64,000 bases of DNA from Candidatus Latescibacterota bacterium. Its GTDB lineage: Bacteria; Latescibacterota; CBDEFO01. The position numbers and the translations under genes were made by a program. Of the stretch, positions 31,657-41,328 are shown in pieces (the first letter of the stretch is position 1; each line of letters opens with the position of its first letter). Below the pieces are notes generated by a model. That model made no database searches. It saw only the letters and a list, made by a program, of their open reading frames with translations, and had not been told where the DNA came from. Location of the stretch: the NCBI GenBank assembly GCA_965237525.1, contig CBDEFO010000007.1:512001-576000 (forward strand), given 5' to 3'.

Positions 31657-33510
31657 TTACACTTGACTCTCGACCTCCTGTTGCTGTCTCGATCGGCTCC
31701 TGTCTTTGAGTACGAACTCGACTCTTCCCACCCCCTCCACTGTCGCCTCGCCGCACGTGCCCGGCGGAATCGTCTGATCGGAGGCAATGATCACTTGCTT
31801 CGCAACTCGACCCAGAGTCACCACATCGCCGGGAAAGAGAGTAATACCCTGGGTTATAAACGCCAGGGTCTGAGCGGCCAGATGAACATATTCATCCGTA
31901 TTTCCCAGTGCTTGACCAAACCCCTCGATCCGTAGAACCATTTCTCTACCCTTCAACTGCGCAGCCGATAAAGGGATAGGTGTCTCAGCGACCACACAGA
32001 AACCGTCGGCCCACCTTCCGTACACCTTAGGCATGCCCCAGTCGTGATCGTCCAAGATCTGTTTGATCTCGTCCTTGAACGAGAGGTCACAGAACGAAGC
32101 AAGCGGTACATAACCCAGAATGTACTCGTCCGCTTCCGACTCGGGTACTCGGCAGGCGACCTTGCGAACTATGAAGGCTAACTCCGCCCCAGCGTGGACG
32201 GCCCGAGCCCGCGGTGGAACCTCCACCTCAGCCGGAGATCGGCTCAATGCAGAATTAGGACCGTTGAGGAATCGAGGGTATTTACCCACTGAGGCCCCTT
32301 CCACCTTTTCGACATCTGTGTAATTCCCGTACAAGGTCCAAAGGTGGCGGGCATCCTCAATCCGCCATGCATCGGATTCGGGAAGCTCCGATGCATCTTC
32401 CACGAACGAATCCCGCACGGCAGGGGCGGGATGCACCGCTCGTCCTACGTCATCGGCAGGTCTCCAGTCTCCTCCCTCATGATCTGGAATGACCACGGGA
32501 TTGCGCAATACGCCGACTCTTTCAATCTCCGACTCTATGTAGTCATTCGGGCCAAAGCGCACGTCCTCGTCGCACGATAAGCCATCCACTCCCATCGTCG
32601 CACAGTGGAGCACATCGCCAGGATAGAGGGTTGCGAAAGATGAGAACCAGTGGATAAGCCGCTCTACTCCCAGTAACGAGCCTGCTGTATGAGAACGGTC
32701 TCGGAGCCAGCCCGACTGGCGGGTATAGACCAGCAGATCGTAGACATTACCGATTTCATCGCGAGTGACCAGATAAGGACCCATAGGGCACATAGTATCG
32801 CACTTTTTGCCGCCCCACGATTCGGTGGCGCCATCCATAAAGTCAGCTTTGCCGGGCCCGGCTTGTATCTGGCAAGTATAGTTGTTGCCACACGCATCAG
32901 TCACAACGGTAAAACCCGCAACGTGCTGCATCGCTTGGTCTACCGGGATATAACGTCCGCCCTGCCCTATAATCACGCCTAACTCGACATTAAATCCCCA
33001 TGGGAGGCCGTTTCTGGGCAGGACCAGAGGCTCGCCTGGCCCTATCACTGTCCCCTGAGGGCGCTGATGACCTTTTGGATAGAGGTTGAGGGAGACCCAA
33101 CTGGGTGCATGGCGGACAAAGGACGGGGAGTTACCAACCATGCCGTAGTAAAGCCGAGGGCGAGGGATCGGGGCGCGCAGCCGTACTTCGTTCAGTGGGA
33201 ACCCCGCTCCAATCATGAGAAACTGATCGGACTGCTCTAGAAATCGCTGCAGAAAGTCAAGGAGCCGGAGAGCAGCAGTCATGCCCGGTTCTCCCAAGGC
33301 CAGGAAGGTCTTCAGGTCCCTTGGCCAAGGTCTCACCTGAAGAAAATGTGGCCGATTGACACGATAACCGGTCGACCCACCTGATGTATACTGTTCCAGC
33401 CGTTGCTCAGTCTCTTCCGGATCGAAGATCCAGTCCGTTCCGCTTGCCGGATGGTTCACAATAATCCCGAACCGCTCCTTGCCCCGTTCTACAAATGTGG
33501 CGAGCTTCAT
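31657..33510 (-). CDS. Fumarylacetoacetate hydrolase family protein with two FAH domains
   Basis: ELGVIIG...AGFTVVTD, CPMGP, TLYPGDV; second domain ELAFIV...LGYV, TLFPGDVVTLG. Confidence 0.88.
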   Translation of the reverse strand: MKLATFVERGKERFGIIVNHPASGTDWIFDPEETEQRLEQYTSGGSTGYRVNRPHFLQVRPWPRDLKTFLALGEPGMTAALRLLDFLQRFLEQSDQFLMIGAGFPLNEVRLRAPIPRPRLYYGMVGNSPSFVRHAPSWVSLNLYPKGHQRPQGTVIGPGEPLVLPRNGLPWGFNVELGVIIGQGGRYIPVDQAMQHVAGFTVVTDACGNNYTCQIQAGPGKADFMDGATESWGGKKCDTMCPMGPYLVTRDEIGNVYDLLVYTRQSGWLRDRSHTAGSLLGVERLIHWFSSFATLYPGDVLHCATMGVDGLSCDEDVRFGPNDYIESEIERVGVLRNPVVIPDHEGGDWRPADDVGRAVHPAPAVRDSFVEDASELPESDAWRIEDARHLWTLYGNYTDVEKVEGASVGKYPRFLNGPNSALSRSPAEVEVPPRARAVHAGAELAFIVRKVACRVPESEADEYILGYVPLASFCDLSFKDEIKQILDDHDWGMPKVYGRWADGFCVVAETPIPLSAAQLKGREMVLRIEGFGQALGNTDEYVHLAAQTLAFITQGITLFPGDVVTLGRVAKQVIIASDQTIPPGTCGEATVEGVGRVEFVLKDRSRSRQQQEVESQV

Positions 33511-33542
33511 GTCCCTCTTTCTCTTAGTGTGGGTTCCCCATT

Positions 33543-33620
33543 TTAGACTGCGCTTTCTTCCCCCTGCAAAGTTTCAAGCACTACCTTGGTCTTGAATTGT
33601 GGACTATACGTCTTATTTAC
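33543..33620 (-). pseudogene. IS3-family OrfA N-terminal remnant
   Basis: KTYSPQFKTKVVLETLQGEES resembles the IS3 HTH start. Confidence 0.55.
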
Positions 33621-33669
33621 TTTGCAATCTAAATCTAATAATTCTGTGTGCGGGCTATACTCGAGAGGA

Positions 33670-33698
33670 AAAATACCAAGAACAATCTTGGATGTCAA
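33670..33698 (-). promoter_or_regulatory. sigma70-like promoter
   Basis: TTGACA-17 bp-TATTTT upstream of the FAH operon. Confidence 0.5.
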
Positions 33699-33810
33699 CA
33701 AAAACTCAACATTTCGGTCTATTATGACATCTGGATATTTACCTGACTTATGTCTGTTCCCCTTCAAGTGAATAACGGCTAACCACAGTTGTGCAGCCCA
33801 GATATCGACC

Positions 33811-33966
33811 GTGGCAACATTAAAAAAACAGCGCCCCAACTTGATTTACGCTGGTTCCGGATATTCTTATCTGCAAGATTGGCTCCCTAACGTCGCGCAA
33901 GCCGTAGTGAGCGAAAAGATGGTCGACTTTGTCGGCTTGGGACGTATGGTCCTGGCTTACCCGGAT
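33811..33966 (+). pseudogene. NADH:flavin oxidoreductase C-terminal fragment
   Basis: GSGYSYLQDWLPNVAQAVV...DFVGLGRMVLAYPD, cut off by the cassette remnant. Confidence 0.7.
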
Positions 33967-34224
33967 GTTCGGGTCGATGATCGCGGCCACGCTATCCAGG
34001 ATCTTCGGATGCGTCGCAATCTCCCAGATGAACTGTTGATCAAAATGTCGGTCGAACAGCCCCGTCTGAGCTTTTTCACGTCCCCCTTTCGCCTCCAGTG
34101 TATCAAAACAATCCCGGTAATACTGCACCTCCTTCTTATCAGTCATCACCCAAATGCCAGACAGAAAACCATCCTGCTCGTACGCCTCAACTTGCCGCTC
34201 ACTTACCATGTTCATTTGCCTAAC
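33967..34224 (-). pseudogene. Integron cassette 3: truncated duplicate of the PhyH cassette
   Basis: About 93% identical by eye to 35339..35596; begins at core GTTAGGC. Confidence 0.88.
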
Positions 34225-34350
34225 GGTATGCCAATGAGCCGCCTGCGTTATTGGCATACCGAACTCTTGAACAATCGTAATGGCTCGATGCGGAAGTTCA
34301 ACTTCGAAAAATCTGGAACTCAGCAGGTCGGCTCGCTTGGCGTGTTCTAC
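34218..34350 (-). other. attC site (133 bp)
   Basis: Minus strand: GTAGAAC-acgcc-aagcgagc-cgacctgc...gcaggcg-gctcatt-ggcatacc-GTTAGGC; R'' is complementary to the cassette start GTTCTAC at 34796. Confidence 0.85.
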
Positions 34351-34398
34351 GGCGACGACCAACACTTCGCCGATGAAGACCAGGGCGACGCGACCACA

Positions 34399-34749
34399 TC
34401 ACGACCCTGGCCAATCGGCACCAGCACCCGGCCCGAGAACATGCCAGTGCATGTGCGGCGTCACACCAGGAGCCGCAGCATTGGCCCGCATGTAGAACCC
34501 CTCACCATCCAGGAGGCCGAGCGAAGTCGCGGTTGCTTGAATCGCTCGGACCATCGACGACAGGAGGTCACCGTCGAGGGCGGCCTCGTCGAGTAGTGAC
34601 GGGACGTGGCTCTTGGGGACCACAACGACGTGAATCTCGGCCGCGGGTCTGGGATGGTGGAAAGCGAGGACGCGGTCGTCCTCGTAGACGCGCTGCACGT
34701 CGAGCTTCCCCGAGAGGACATCTTCGCAATACCAGTCACGCTTAGCCAT
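34399..34749 (-). CDS. HIT family protein (integron cassette 2)
   Basis: VYEDDRVLAF..P.P...HVVVVPKSH, HMHWH. Confidence 0.9.
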   Translation of the reverse strand: MAKRDWYCEDVLSGKLDVQRVYEDDRVLAFHHPRPAAEIHVVVVPKSHVPSLLDEAALDGDLLSSMVRAIQATATSLGLLDGEGFYMRANAAAPGVTPHMHWHVLGPGAGADWPGS

Positions 34750-34789
34750 CAAACCACCACATCCTTTCGGAAAAGAATAAGACCCGTCC

Positions 34790-34808
34790 GTAGAACGTCT
34801 GGTTAGGC
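34790..34808 (-). other. Collapsed 19-bp attC
   Basis: Minus strand GCCTAAC-cagac-GTTCTAC, 11 bp after the PhyH stop. Confidence 0.75.
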
Positions 34809-34819
34809 ATGGACCATGG

Positions 34820-35587
34820 TTACCTTATAGGAAACGGATGTCCTTGTACCTTGAAGTTCTTTTCACGGTCTGTGCCCCTTACCAGAATGGGTCTCCACTT
34901 CAAATCGATGCCAAGCGGACCCGCCGCGATCGGCTTGACGTGCGTGGGAATATAACGGACTGTCAGTCCGCAGCGGCGCCGGGGCGATCGATTCGGCAAA
35001 CTACCATGGATAAGCATCCCATCGTGCAGCGAAATCTCACCCGCTCGCAGGATACAATCCACTGCGTCCTTCTCCTCTTGCTCGGTTAGCTCGACCTCTT
35101 GATTGATGCTTAGCAAGTTGCCTTGCTGCTTTGATTTACCGTGATTCATCAGTCGGTCCCGGTGCAGCCGTGGGATAACGCGCATGCACCCGTTGCCACG
35201 ATCGCTGTCGTCCACTGCATACCAGGCCGAGACTTCGATTGGCGGTTCCAGTCCCCAGTACCGCAGATCTTGATGCCACGCCACGAACTTCTCCTCCGGC
35301 CCATATTTGCAGAAGAAATGGGTGGAAAGTAGCAGCACGTTCGGGCCGATAATCGCGGCCACGCTATCCAGGATCTTCGGATGCGTCGCAATCTCCCAGA
35401 TGAACTGTTGATCAACATGTCGGTTGAACAGCCCTGTCTGAGCTTTTTCACGTCCCTCTTTCGCCTCCAGTGCATCAAAAGAATCCCGGTTATACTGCAC
35501 CCCTTTCTTATCAGTCATCACCCGAATTCCAGACAGAAAACCATCCTGCTCGTACGCCTCAACTTGCCGCTCACTTAACATGTCCAT
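34820..35587 (-). CDS. PhyH-family dioxygenase (integron cassette 1)
   Basis: WHQD, GCMRVIP, HDG..IHGS.PN; ATG 2 bp after core GTTAGGA. Confidence 0.92.
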   Translation of the reverse strand: MDMLSERQVEAYEQDGFLSGIRVMTDKKGVQYNRDSFDALEAKEGREKAQTGLFNRHVDQQFIWEIATHPKILDSVAAIIGPNVLLLSTHFFCKYGPEEKFVAWHQDLRYWGLEPPIEVSAWYAVDDSDRGNGCMRVIPRLHRDRLMNHGKSKQQGNLLSINQEVELTEQEEKDAVDCILRAGEISLHDGMLIHGSLPNRSPRRRCGLTVRYIPTHVKPIAAGPLGIDLKWRPILVRGTDREKNFKVQGHPFPIR

Positions 35588-35589
35588 TT

Positions 35590-35640
35590 TCCTAACTAGG
35601 GCTTATACAGTTTTCTATGCTAAAAACCTGTATACAGCTA
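35590..35640 (-). other. Putative attI site
   Basis: Non-palindromic ...gcatagaaaactgtataagcccta|GTTAGGA between the intI 3' end and the first cassette. Confidence 0.6.
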
Positions 35641-35779
35641 TTTGAGCTATATAAGACCCCATTGAAATATTAAGAAAAAACCTGCAATATTAAAAAGCTC
35701 ATTCTGTTAAGTCATAATTATCATAAGTTTTGTAGGAATCATATACAGACTCCATAAAACCCTAATTCAATATCAATCC

Positions 35780-36060
35780 GCAAAAAATTGTCAGCAGGGC
35801 TTATCACTCCCTTTCCACAACCGTTTAGAACGTGAGTATAAATCATTGTCGTATTGACTTCCTTAAATGGCCGAGTATTTCCTGAACTGTGCGATTATCA
35901 TAACCATCTGCCAGCAAATGAGTCGCAAAAGAATGTCGAAAGGTGTGCGACGAGGCATGTTTTGTGATATCAGTTTTACGGACGGCCTCTTTCACAACTC
36001 TCTGTACGATCGTTTCATGAACGTGATACTGTCCCTCTTCGCCAGTCGTTTTATTATCGG
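35780..36060 (-). pseudogene. intI: Integron integrase, 3' remnant with a frameshift
   Basis: [21 protein letters not shown]...[27 protein letters not shown], frameshift, then [25 protein letters not shown]; includes the IntI-specific insert. Confidence 0.88.
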
Positions 36061-36359
36061 GTAATGGGGCATCTCCGATGGTGGGGTCACCGACATCGAG
36101 GACTAAGAGGACTAAGATGGTATCCGGCAGCTTTCCCCTGGATGACCTCTGCAAGAATGGACCCGAATTCGAACAATTGGCGCGTATAAAGAACGCGTTG
36201 AAAGCCTGAGTTTACGCGCTTCAATTAGCCGAACCCAGTCACCCATGCAAGCGTACAACATAACAAACATCGATCATCCGTAGATTTCACTGATACCGCA
36301 GATTTCATATTAGTGTTTTATGAGTAATCTGCGGATGTTAATGCGCCACACGGACAACG

Positions 36360-37109
36360 TCAGCGCGTGAAAAGTGTGCCTCGCACGTAGTCCGCAGCAT
36401 CCGACACCAGGAAGGCAATAACGCGTCCGACACCATCTGGTGACCCGAGCTCCTTCTTCGCTGCTTCGACAGCTTGATCAGGGGATCGACCTTGGCGCTC
36501 AGCCGCCTCCGCGATGATTTCTAGCTTCATGACCGTTTCAATCGAACCTGGACACAGCACGTTTACGCGAATATTTCGTGGTTCAAGATACTTGGCTAGC
36601 GTTATGCCAAGACCGTTGACACCGCCTTTGCTCGTAGCATACGCAATTGATGAACTCGGACCTGTGACGCCGGCGCCGGATGCGATCAGCACCACTACAC
36701 CACGCTGACTTGCTTCTAAAAGAGGAGACGCATACTTGGCACACAGAAAGCTGCCTTTAACGTTCACATCGATCACATCCTCGAAAACGTCAATAGGCAC
36801 TTCTTCTGGCTGCAGATACGCGCCGCGACACACGCCGGCGGCACACACTAACGCATCCAGCCGACCATGTTTTACTCGCACGTGGTCCATCAGATTCCCA
36901 ACTTCGTCCGCATGTCGCACATCGGTGCGTAAGAATCGGGCATCGCCACCCGCCTCTCGGATCGCTGCGGCAGCTGCTTCACCAACATCTTTCTCGATAT
37001 CGGCCATCATAACGTGGGCGCCTTGCATCGCACATAGTCTGGCCGCCGCCCCCCCAATGCCCCGGCCCCCGCCAGTCACAACAATCACTTTTTCGGCTAA
37101 ATCAATCAT
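36360..37109 (-). CDS. SDR family oxidoreductase
   Basis: TGGGRGIG, YATSK, IRVNVLCPG. Confidence 0.93.
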   Translation of the reverse strand: MIDLAEKVIVVTGGGRGIGGAAARLCAMQGAHVMMADIEKDVGEAAAAAIREAGGDARFLRTDVRHADEVGNLMDHVRVKHGRLDALVCAAGVCRGAYLQPEEVPIDVFEDVIDVNVKGSFLCAKYASPLLEASQRGVVVLIASGAGVTGPSSSIAYATSKGGVNGLGITLAKYLEPRNIRVNVLCPGSIETVMKLEIIAEAAERQGRSPDQAVEAAKKELGSPDGVGRVIAFLVSDAADYVRGTLFTR

Positions 37110-37208
37110 TACACATAACCTCCTTCCGCAAGGGCCCAACGGAAATCCTGGGATCGACAAGCCGCGTTGCGTGTTGATCCCCTGAAATCCCAAAGAGCCT
37201 ACACAATA

Positions 37209-38072
37209 TTAGCCAGATCGAATCTCTATATCCAACTCAGCTAGCTTCCTCTTTACGAATGTAGATGCTTGTGGGACTAGACTCGCGGGCAAATGTTCGA
37301 TCAATCCGAAGCCATCAGGCAACAGGGCCTCAAATCGTCGAAAAAATGTGCCAAAGTCCAACAATCCATCGCCTGGCACCGTTCCGCTGATATGAACAGT
37401 CAATCGATCCTCAACATAGACATCATTGATATGCGCAGCAATAATATAAGGGCCAAGTGTATCAAACAAATGGTTCAACAGAGACGTTGTATCATAGAGC
37501 TTCTGAACATCACTCACAAAATTAACCGGATCTAGACTCAACTTAACCCACGGAGACTCGGTGCGTTCGATGATTCTCTTGATCCGCTCCGGACTATCTA
37601 GAGGACTGATGACGTGGGTTTCGAAAGCAAACGGAATGCCATGAACCTCGCAAGCAGAAACAGCTTCTCGCAGAATGTCAACAATGGCATCCTCTACTTC
37701 AGGTGAATGATTTGCAGGATGTGGTGTCCAGGCACCAGCCGGATTCATGCTTCCGGGTCGAATGCCGGCCATGTCTGCACCAAGATCGGCCGCGAATGTG
37801 ACTGTATTCTGCAACTGCCGAACGGCCTCATCACGATTTGAGTCACCAGGGGAAACAATGACCTGTGGCACTGTCCAGGCTTGCACGACCCGTATACCGT
37901 GATTAGCAAATACAGATCGTGCATTTTGAAATGCGGCCGGAGAAAAGGGCTCTCGATCAGTCGTCAGATGGATACCAATACCGCTAAAGCCTAAACTGGT
38001 AATTCTCGCGGCCGCACGATCATCAATGGCGTCTAAATCATTGGGAAAGAAGCCGACTATGCCAAGTCGCAT
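37209..38072 (-). CDS. Sugar phosphate isomerase/epimerase (xylose-isomerase-like TIM barrel)
   Basis: FETH, LDPVN, AHIND, PGDGLLDF, IEH. Confidence 0.85.
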   Translation of the reverse strand: MRLGIVGFFPNDLDAIDDRAAARITSLGFSGIGIHLTTDREPFSPAAFQNARSVFANHGIRVVQAWTVPQVIVSPGDSNRDEAVRQLQNTVTFAADLGADMAGIRPGSMNPAGAWTPHPANHSPEVEDAIVDILREAVSACEVHGIPFAFETHVISPLDSPERIKRIIERTESPWVKLSLDPVNFVSDVQKLYDTTSLLNHLFDTLGPYIIAAHINDVYVEDRLTVHISGTVPGDGLLDFGTFFRRFEALLPDGFGLIEHLPASLVPQASTFVKRKLAELDIEIRSG

Positions 38073-38323
38073 CGCTACACCTCCGCGTGGTGGTGGACTG
38101 AAGACGTGAAACGAGACGCGTGACTTTGTACGTCAGTCACCAAATTACGAATCACGCAAGACAGCCGCTCGCACGGCCGGCGCTCCATATTTCCGAAAGC
38201 GACTTTGTACTTCGAATCTCGGTTTCATGTAAATATCTTTCGTCACATTAGAAATGGGAATCCCGTACGGGATAACGAGGAAATCTCGTCATTCAGCACA
38301 CAGGGCTCCATTATACAAGATCA

Positions 38324-38351
38324 ATTATACAAGATCAATGCATATTGTCAA
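38324..38351 (-). promoter_or_regulatory. sigma70-like promoter
   Basis: TTGACA-16 bp-TATAAT; the -10 lies in a 14-bp tandem duplication. Confidence 0.55.
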
Positions 38352-38439
38352 GCCAATTATGGTCGAAGAGTTGACCCAAGACACGGTTGAGAGGAAGATT
38401 ATGATTATTAAGCCATTTGTACAAGAAACTGATCTTGTG

Positions 38440-38592
38440 ATTCAAACTCAGTCATCACAGGTCGACAACACACCATTTCTGAGCATCATCATTCCCACAT
38501 ACAACGAAGCCAGCCGGCAGCCGGCCACGTTTGAAATGGTCCCTTCCTTTCTCGATCAAGAACCACTTGATCTCATTCTAAGCTTCGCGTGA
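38440..38592 (+). pseudogene. GT2 glycosyltransferase N-terminal remnant
   Basis: PFLSIIIPTYNEASR followed by an early stop. Confidence 0.65.
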
Positions 38593-38696
38593 AAATAGTC
38601 TGGACAAGATTATAGGATCCAAGATAGTAGACAGCTTAGAGGAAGAAGCAATTTCACCTATCTACTGACTTCATAAAGCCAACAAGTTTTATCAAA

Positions 38697-38804
38697 CTAC
38701 TTAATGTTGCATATTTCCACCAAATCCTTTGTTATAGCCTCCACAAGCCTTTTCTTCTGTTCATCTGTGCGTCCCCCTAACATCTTGACATTTATGTAAG
38801 GCAT
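38697..38804 (-). pseudogene. 4-oxalocrotonate tautomerase family, truncated (absent from ORF track)
   Basis: MPYINVKMLGGRTDEQKKRLVEAITKDLVEICNIK*; Pro after Met, 35 aa. Confidence 0.8.
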
Positions 38805-38864
38805 TTGAAACACCCTTTTCAGTGAGTAGATTGATGACTTTAGCTCCTCTTTAAAGTGGAGCAA

Positions 38865-39701
38865 TTATCCATCCTGTTGGGCGTGTAGTTCCATAATCTT
38901 TTTGGGCAGCTCTTTGATCTTGGGGAGGGCATCCACAGAGCGCGGCGGGGGAGCCACTTCAAAGTGGATGAATCCCTTATAGTCGATGTCGTAAAGCGCC
39001 TGGAAGATCTCCAGCCACGGCATATTGCCGTCGAACGGGGCGCGGTGATCTATCCCATCGTAGAAGTCGTGAAGGTGGACATGGCGCAGCCTGGAACCGA
39101 CCTTATGGAACTTTTCGGTTGGGACTCCAGAAAGTGTCATAGGGTTTTGACCTTCTGAATTGCGCACGTGCCCGATGTCGATGATCATCCCAAGCTGAGG
39201 ATGACCGATGGAGTCGATAAACTCTATGTTGTCCTCAATGGTCTGTCCCGGCCCGAAGTTCTCGACCAGCAGGTGCACGTCCTCTCCTTCAAAGTGCCGG
39301 AGGAGTTCTTCCAAGCTTTTCCAGGTGGCAGGTGTCTTGACGCGCCCGTGGCATCCCCAGATATTTCCGCCCATCCACAGCAGTGTGCCAATCTGCCTTT
39401 TGCAATTATCCACCCTTTTGCGCCTTTCGGCTTCGCTGTCCACCTCAAAGTTGGTTTGGCCGGAATGATACGTCCCGACGGCGAGTCCAAGATCATTGCA
39501 TATATCCTTGATTATCTTCATTGACTTGGGATCGTCCAATGCAAAGTGATCGGGATCCTCGGGGAAGCCGATCTCAATAGTCCCGATGTCGTTCTTTTTG
39601 ATCTCGCCCAACGTCTCTCGATCCAAAGGCCTTTTGCGGCGAAAAATAAATGTCGACACCGCCAGGCGATTCCTGATCTCTTTCTCAGTATAGAAGGCCA
39701 T
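38865..39701 (-). CDS. Sugar phosphate isomerase/epimerase family
   Basis: VEN, DIGH, HVHLHD, HRAPFDG, FE. Confidence 0.88.
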   Translation of the reverse strand: MAFYTEKEIRNRLAVSTFIFRRKRPLDRETLGEIKKNDIGTIEIGFPEDPDHFALDDPKSMKIIKDICNDLGLAVGTYHSGQTNFEVDSEAERRKRVDNCKRQIGTLLWMGGNIWGCHGRVKTPATWKSLEELLRHFEGEDVHLLVENFGPGQTIEDNIEFIDSIGHPQLGMIIDIGHVRNSEGQNPMTLSGVPTEKFHKVGSRLRHVHLHDFYDGIDHRAPFDGNMPWLEIFQALYDIDYKGFIHFEVAPPPRSVDALPKIKELPKKIMELHAQQDG

Positions 39702-39740
39702 GTTTTTTAAGTTTCCTCCTTAATATTACGGTCTGGTTTG

Positions 39741-39842
39741 AAGTGGAGCAATTATCCATCCTGATGCGCGTGCATTTCCATGATTTTTTTGGGCACCTCT
39801 TTGATCTTAGGGAGGGCATCCACAGAGCGCGGTGGGGGAGCC
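39741..39842 (-). pseudogene. 3' end of a lost tandem paralog of 38865..39701
   Basis: 102-bp diverged copy of 38854..38955. Confidence 0.8.
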
Positions 39843-40210
39843 GGTTCGAGTGTACTTCTCTAGGAAAATCGGTGCCGCCTCATCTATGGTCTCTATCGAT
39901 TGCCGCTCCAGTACGGCCCAGACCGGTGCCTGTGTGCGCTCACAGCTTTCGATGATCTTGAACATGTTCTACAACTCCCAGTGTGGGGTCTCCTCATGCT
40001 AATGATTCTTTTGGACAGCTCGTAAGACCAGACTAATTGAAACTTTTTCAAACTATAAGGAGGTCTTTTCGGTGTGATATCCAATCTACACTACTTTATC
40101 CAGTTGTTCTGCTACGGCTTGCAAGTCCGGACGCAAATGTCACCACCTTGAACTTAGCCTCCATTGACTCCTCAACTTGCTCGGCGTCCCGGGGTAAACG
40201 GAAGCCGCTG

Positions 40211-40882
40211 TCACGAAGACAAGGAGTTGTACGCCTCCACGAGCCCTTTCAGAAATTCAGGATCCATGACGATCCCCTTGATTCCATTTACCACAAACTG
40301 AACTCCCACGCATAACAAAAGAAATCCCATGATTTTAGTCATGGCATTCATGCCGTTTGCGCCCATAAAGGCTAGGATCTTGCTGGCGCTACGGAGCACC
40401 ACGAAACAGAACAGGCAAACGACAAATATGCCGCAGATTATAGCAACGTAATCCAACCAATGCTGGACCAGTGACGTGAGCCCGATGGTGACAGCTATCG
40501 CACCCGGACCGCTCAGGCTGGGCATGGCCAGAGGGGTAAAAGATATATCTTTCTTCTGTCTGGACTCTTCTTCTTCTTCCGGTGTCTGTTCGTCCTCTCA
40601 CGAAGGGTTGAGCATCTGGATGCTAATACGGACAATCATGATTCCACCGGCGATACGGAGTCCCGGAGTCGAAATCCCAAAAAAGTTTAGGATCATTGTC
40701 CCGGCAACCAGGAATACGACTAGAATGGCAAACATGTAAATAATGCCCATCCGGATCTGCTGCGCTCGCTTTTCTTCCGAGTCTCCATCCGTAATGGCCA
40801 GGAACACCGGTGCCGTGCTGAAAGGATTTGCAATAGGAAGCAGCGCGGTAAAGGTGGTCAGAGCCAGCGCTATATTTAACAT
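40211..40882 (-). pseudogene. marC: MarC-family membrane protein with in-frame TGA at 40598
   Basis: IANPFS, LRIAGGI, PLAMPSLSGPGAI, MGFLL; both halves in the same frame. Confidence 0.88.
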
Positions 40883-40972
40883 CGTGGACCTCCTGTTTGT
40901 ATACCATCGACAGAGTACGTCTCAACGTCAGCTCATCCAGCCAATCGGATCATAATGTCTAACTGTCAATTC

Positions 40973-41246
40973 TAACCCAAATAATTCACAAAAAAAGCCG
41001 TGTATTAATTAAGGGATTGTATTATATTATAGTTATGCCGTTTAACCACCTTCGGTGTCATTGCGAGCCGAAGGCGAAACAATCCCCCCGATAGATTTAA
41101 TCGGGGGTTACTGTGGTAGATGTAATAGTCTCCGGCTCTCCTAGGAGACAACTATAAAACCTTGAGATTGCTTCCCCGATAGACTCAATCGGGGACCGCT
41201 TTGCTCCTCGCAATGACTCCAGCAAGTTTATGAATTAATCGGGTTA
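40973..41246 (+). mobile_element. MITE copy 2 carrying two mini-palindrome inserts (41084..41107, 41174..41194)
   Basis: Colinear with 28503..28738; C|TA...TA|G flanks. Confidence 0.9.
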
Positions 41247-41328
41247 GATAAACCTTATCACTACTTCCTTTGATCGGAATCCCATATAAGTTTCTATCGT
41301 AGATCCATGCTTTCATTTTTCCAATTTA

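Noticed and set aside
33811..34596. 261-aa and 181-aa ORFs as real genes
   Set aside because: Chimeric read-through of an oxidoreductase fragment, the PhyH copy, attC and antisense HIT
33967..35596. Diversity-generating retroelement TR/VR pair (also considered for 38854/39741 and the regulator copies)
   Set aside because: No reverse transcriptase in the window, and mismatches are not adenine-specific
35843..36154. XerC/D or prophage integrase
   Set aside because: The IntI-type H.HE insert and SP.D C-terminus, plus adjacent attC sites, favour an integron
40598..40600. TGA recoding or selenocysteine in marC and other broken genes
   Set aside because: Many intact genes end in TGA, and the other lesions are TAG, TAA or frameshifts
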